Shown here: positions 59,944 to 64,000 of the stretch, in pieces
Numbering within the stretch: the first letter of the stretch is position 1
Layout of the letters: every line of letters starts with the position of its first letter
Source: Patescibacteria group bacterium
Lineage (GTDB): Bacteria; Patescibacteriota; Patescibacteriia; UBA1558; GWA2-36-10
Length of the DNA stretch: 64,000 nucleotides
Direction: 5' to 3'
Assembly: GCA_018819405.1 (NCBI GenBank)
Contig: JAHJQF010000001.1
Span: 98,097-162,096, forward strand
Notes under the pieces: model-generated
Told to the model about the DNA's origin: nothing
What the model saw: only the letters and a program-made list of their open reading frames with translations
Databases searched by the model: none
Program-made: the position numbers and the translations under genes

Positions 59944-60029
59944 GAACCGATACGCCCAATGGGCACAGGATTTTAAGTCCTGCGTGTCTACCAATTCCAC
60001 CACGCCGGCCTGTAATATTAAAGTCTGGA
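59944..60029 (-). tRNA. tRNA-Leu (UAA) with a long variable arm
   Basis: Reverse complement GCCGGCGTGGTGGAATTGGTAGACACGCAGGACTTAAAATCCTG...GGTTCGAGTCCGATCGCCGGTACCA. Anticodon loop CTTAAAA. Confidence 0.8.
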
Positions 60030-60045
60030 GCGGGCGACCGGGCTC

Positions 60046-60122
60046 GAACCGGCGACCTTTTCCTTGGCAAGGAAATGTTCTAGCCAACTGAACTACGCCC
60101 GCTTAAAACACAAGTATTATAC
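60046..60122 (-). tRNA. tRNA-Gly (GCC)
   Basis: Reverse complement GCGGGCGTAGTTCAGTTGG...CCTTGCCAAGG...GGTTCGAGCCCGGTCGCCCGCTCCA. Closely resembles E. coli tRNA-Gly(GCC). Confidence 0.85.
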
Positions 60123-60208
60123 AATAAATAAGGAGAAAGTCAACCTTTAAAAAGCTTGGTTTTAGACCTTAAAAATGCTATCATTAAGAAAAGCAAAATC
60201 ACTACAAA

Positions 60209-62938
60209 ATGAGCAAAAAACAAGAAAAACTAGTGGTCATAGATAGCAACGCCCTTTTACATCGGGCCTGGCATGCTATACCCCCTCTAGAGACCAAGGA
60301 GGGTCTGGTAGTTAATGCTGTTTTTGGTTATACCTCACTTTTGTTAAAAATAATACAGGATCTCAAGCCCGATTACATCATAGCTTCTTTTGACTTGGCT
60401 GGTAAAACTTTTCGCCACGAACAATACAAAGAATATAAAGCTAAAAGAATAAAACAAGCCGATGAATTTTATAATCAATTTCCTCTAGCCAAAGAAGTCC
60501 TGTCAGCTTTTAATATCCCTATACTAGCCAAAGAAGGCTATGAGGCCGATGATGTCATTGGTACTATTAGCCAAGAAGTATATAAAAAATATCCCGACAT
60601 CCAGACAACTATCGTGACCGGAGACCTAGATGCTCTGCAATTGGTCAATGACAGGGTCAAGGTATTTACTCTCAAGCGCGGTCTGAGTGATACTATTACC
60701 TATGATAAGCTGGCTGTCAAAGAAAGGTATGGCCTGGCGCCAGAACAAATCATAGATCTCAAGGCACTACAAGGAGATAGTTCTGATAATATACCAGGCG
60801 TCAAAGGAATTGGTACTAAAGGAGCTTCTGATCTTATCCAAAAATTTGGAACGCTGGAAAATCTATACAAAAATTTTGAAATATCGGATATTAAAGACCG
60901 CACTAAAAAGTTATTAAGGGAACAAAAGGATCAAGCCTATGAGAGTAAGGGATTGGTTACTATTGTTACTGATGTGCCCCTTGATTGGAAACTTGAACAA
61001 GCTAGGTTCTCAGATTTTGATCCAGAAAAAGTTTATAAAATTTTCCAAAAGTTGGAATTTAGATCACTCTTAAATAAAATCCCTCATCAAAAATCTGACA
61101 TCAATGGCGACTCTGTCAAAAATAAAAAACAAGGCAGTGTCTATCACCTGATAGATAATGAAGAAAAATTTGAAAAATTTTATTCTCAGATAAAAAAACA
61201 AAAAATCTTTGCTTTTGATACCGAAACCACTGGCTTGGATGTGCTAAATGAAAAAGCCCTGGGCTTTTCTTTTGCTTGGCAAGCCCAAGAGGCATATTAT
61301 ATATCTTTTATCAGTAAAAAATTTACTGACTTTGTAATAAAAAAAATAAGCCCAATTTTGGAAAATGAAGAGATCAAAAAAATTGGACACAACATAAAAT
61401 TTGATCACAAAGTTTTAAAAATTCTTGGTATAGACCTCAAAGGTCTTAGTTTTGATACTTTGATTGCTGCTTATCTTATCAACCCTAATAGAGGTTTACG
61501 TTTGGAAGAGCTATCTTTTAGCTATTTGGGGTACAAAAAACTCAAATTGGCCAACCTTTTGGATGTCGCTCCAAAAGGCAAAACCCAAATAAATATGGCC
61601 GAAATTGACCCTCAAAAACTAGCCTGGTATGCTGCTGAAGATGCTGATATCACCTACCGTCTTTACCAAAAACTTTTACCAATTATAAAAACCAACGAAA
61701 ACTATGATCTGTTGATAAAGATGGAGTTGCCTTTAGTGCCAGTTTTAGCTGACATGGAGCTAACTGGTATCAGTCTAGATAGTCCATTTTTAAATAAAAT
61801 GGCCAAAGAGTTTGATACTGAAATAAAAAAAATAAGCCAAAAAATATATAAGCTGGCTGGGACTGAATTTAACATATCCTCTCCTTTGCAGTTAAAAGAA
61901 ATCCTATTTGAAAAATTAAAAATAAGCCAACAAGGCATCAAAAAAACTAAGACCGGATTATCTACTGCCGCTGCGGAGCTAGACAAAATGAAAAGTGCCC
62001 ATCCTGTGATACCTCTTATTATAGACTACCGTGAGCTAACCAAACTCCAGTCAACTTATATCAAAGCCTTACCTGAACTGGTCAACAAAAGAACCAATAG
62101 AATCCATACCAGCTTCAATCAGACTGTAACTGCTACTGGTAGACTATCATCATCTGACCCAAATCTACAAAACATACCTATCCGTACTGAACTTGGCAAA
62201 AAAATAAGACAGGCTTTTGTAGCTCCCAAAAATTATAATCTTTTGTCAGCTGATTATTCTCAGATTGAACTCCGTTTGGTGGCTGCCTTTTCCAAAGATC
62301 CCAAAATGATGACCTCCTTTAAAAAAGGTGAAGACATTCATGCTCGTACAGCCGCCGAAATACACAAAATATCTCTGGAAAAAGTAAGTAAAGAAATAAG
62401 ACGCACTGCCAAAGAAGTAAATTTTGGTATACTATACGGATTAGGCTCACGCGGACTGGCTCAAAGAACTGATCTCAACCAAACAGAAGCCAAAGAATTT
62501 ATTGAACGTTATTTTTCCGTTTACAAAAATATAAAAACCTACATTGAAAAAACCAAAAATTTTGCCCATCAAAATGGCTATAGCCAAACTATCTTTGGAC
62601 GCCGCCGCTATTTGCCTGATATAAAATCAAATATGCCAATGCTCATTGCCCAGGCTGAGCGTATGGCTATCAATATGCCTGTCCAAGGCACGGCGGCTGA
62701 TCTGATAAAACTAGCGATGATAAATATGCATCAGGGCTTGCCAAAAATCAGTCCAAGCTCTAAAATAGTCCTACAAGTACACGATGAACTGGTCCTTGAA
62801 GTCCCCAAAAATGACTTAAAAAAGGTAGCCAAATACGTCAAAAATACCATGGAAAATGTATACAAATTACCTATACCGCTCACAGTTGACATAGAAGTAG
62901 GTCAAAACTGGGGCAAACTTGAAAATTACAAAATATAA
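60209..62938 (+). CDS. polA: DNA polymerase I
   Basis: 5'-3' exonuclease N-terminus, 3'-5' exo block (FDTETTGL), and polymerase motifs A (LSADYSQIELR) and C (QVHDELVLE). 909 aa. Confidence 0.95.
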   Translation: MSKKQEKLVVIDSNALLHRAWHAIPPLETKEGLVVNAVFGYTSLLLKIIQDLKPDYIIASFDLAGKTFRHEQYKEYKAKRIKQADEFYNQFPLAKEVLSAFNIPILAKEGYEADDVIGTISQEVYKKYPDIQTTIVTGDLDALQLVNDRVKVFTLKRGLSDTITYDKLAVKERYGLAPEQIIDLKALQGDSSDNIPGVKGIGTKGASDLIQKFGTLENLYKNFEISDIKDRTKKLLREQKDQAYESKGLVTIVTDVPLDWKLEQARFSDFDPEKVYKIFQKLEFRSLLNKIPHQKSDINGDSVKNKKQGSVYHLIDNEEKFEKFYSQIKKQKIFAFDTETTGLDVLNEKALGFSFAWQAQEAYYISFISKKFTDFVIKKISPILENEEIKKIGHNIKFDHKVLKILGIDLKGLSFDTLIAAYLINPNRGLRLEELSFSYLGYKKLKLANLLDVAPKGKTQINMAEIDPQKLAWYAAEDADITYRLYQKLLPIIKTNENYDLLIKMELPLVPVLADMELTGISLDSPFLNKMAKEFDTEIKKISQKIYKLAGTEFNISSPLQLKEILFEKLKISQQGIKKTKTGLSTAAAELDKMKSAHPVIPLIIDYRELTKLQSTYIKALPELVNKRTNRIHTSFNQTVTATGRLSSSDPNLQNIPIRTELGKKIRQAFVAPKNYNLLSADYSQIELRLVAAFSKDPKMMTSFKKGEDIHARTAAEIHKISLEKVSKEIRRTAKEVNFGILYGLGSRGLAQRTDLNQTEAKEFIERYFSVYKNIKTYIEKTKNFAHQNGYSQTIFGRRRYLPDIKSNMPMLIAQAERMAINMPVQGTAADLIKLAMINMHQGLPKISPSSKIVLQVHDELVLEVPKNDLKKVAKYVKNTMENVYKLPIPLTVDIEVGQNWGKLENYKI

Positions 62939-63889
62939 ATGCTTTTTTTCTACTACGGAAACAATTCATACCTGGCCAACCAGAAAATACAGGCTATTGT
63001 CGAAAAGTTCAAAAAACAAATAGACACAATCGGCCAAAATGTAGAATACCTTGATGGTGAAAATATGACCAACGAGGATTTTTTTCGCTCTGTCTCTATC
63101 ATGGGTTTTTTGGCGGATAAAAAACTGATTATCATAAAAAATATTTTTGACAACAAAAAACTATCCGGCTGGCAAGATGCTTTGATAGATTATATAAAAA
63201 AACAAAAAAACACTCCCGATGAAAATTATATTATTTTTTTTCAAAGTGGTCAGCCTGATGCTAGGACCAAACTATATAAGACATTATCAAAAATAAAATT
63301 TTGTGAGGATTTCAAAGAATTAAATAATCGTCAGTTGATTATTTGGGTTAAAAATCAAGCCAAAAAATTTGATAAAGAAATATCTGATAAAGCTACCGAC
63401 TTACTAATAAACTATGTAGGCAACGATCCTTGGCAATTGTCCAATGAAATAGCCAAGCTAGCCAACTACAGTCAGGGACAAATAAATGACCAGGCTGTCT
63501 CGGAAATTGTCCAGGCCAAAACTGACGAGAGTATTTTTTCTCTGATTGACGCCTTGGGACAAAAAGATAAGGCTCAGGCTCTCAAATTAATCGAAGAAAA
63601 AATAAATAAGGGTGTAAATCACCAATATATTCTAACTATGATTGTCCGCCAATTTAGGATACTTATTAAAACAAAATCTCTAGAAGATAAAATAATATCT
63701 CCTGGACATCTATCCAGTACCCTAAAAATTCACCCACTAGTAGCTAATAAGACCTTAGCCCAAAGCAAGCTATATGATATGGCTCAACTAAAGCTAATAT
63801 ATCAAAAACTTTTATATCTGGATGAAAAATTCAAAAGTAGCCAAAATCAAGAAAAAATACTTTTTGCCAAAATGATAAATGAACTATAA
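62939..63889 (+). CDS. holA: DNA polymerase III delta subunit
   Basis: N-terminus LFFYYGNNSYLANQKI and a clamp-loader delta-like three-domain layout. The ATG abuts the polA stop. Confidence 0.65.
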   Translation: MLFFYYGNNSYLANQKIQAIVEKFKKQIDTIGQNVEYLDGENMTNEDFFRSVSIMGFLADKKLIIIKNIFDNKKLSGWQDALIDYIKKQKNTPDENYIIFFQSGQPDARTKLYKTLSKIKFCEDFKELNNRQLIIWVKNQAKKFDKEISDKATDLLINYVGNDPWQLSNEIAKLANYSQGQINDQAVSEIVQAKTDESIFSLIDALGQKDKAQALKLIEEKINKGVNHQYILTMIVRQFRILIKTKSLEDKIISPGHLSSTLKIHPLVANKTLAQSKLYDMAQLKLIYQKLLYLDEKFKSSQNQEKILFAKMINEL

Positions 63890-63890
63890 A

Positions 63891-63917
63891 ATCTAGCCAA
63901 TAGGCTGGATTTTTTTA
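63891..63917 (+). terminator. Rho-independent terminator after holA
   Basis: ATCTAGCC-AATA-GGCTGGAT followed by a T7 run. Confidence 0.6.
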
Positions 63918-64000
63918 TTATATTTTGCTAAGCTAAAAATACCTAGGACTGGCTGCTGGCCAAACTAGTCCACGTGCTCAAGCGCACATAGGTCAGGCCG

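Overview
The window looks like a low-GC (~35% GC by eye), gene-dense chromosome segment with small intergenic spacers. The resident genes mostly lack Shine-Dalgarno sequences, which fits a reduced-genome (CPR/Patescibacteria-like) bacterium. Most of it is housekeeping. Recognised genes include elp3-like, glyA, folD, a UvrD-family helicase, ychF, queA, queH, ruvB, gyrA, rpsA, ftsH, a PilB/GspE ATPase, valS, tsaE, tsaD, trmB, glmS, csp, nusA, an H+-pyrophosphatase, tig, an SuhB-like phosphatase, polA and holA. There are four tRNAs (Glu, Cys, Leu, Gly). Two polyprenyl-phosphate glycosylation clusters are present (GT-C plus GT2, with an epimerase or a CTP-transferase). I found no CRISPR array, IS transposase, integrase or rRNA. 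Four short GC-rich islands (~50-57% GC) stand out from the background. They are the most unusual feature of the window. Each carries a canonical AGGAGG ribosome-binding site, a sigma70-like promoter where one is visible, and a perfect GC-rich hairpin terminator; their genes are unrecognised (two HTH-containing proteins, a cupin, a small membrane protein and others). The window also holds two dispersed repeat families. One is a CCCCGTTAAATAAA inverted-repeat pair; a copy sits in frame inside tsaE. The other is an ~80-bp hairpin element that ends just upstream of start codons and shows compensatory base changes between copies. Other observations include a 36-bp direct duplication of a gene 3' end flanking a structured insert, tandem GT-C paralogs with near-identical 3' ends, a bacterial Elp3 homolog, a winged-HTH/PEP-utilizing-domain fusion protein, and candidate small RNAs.
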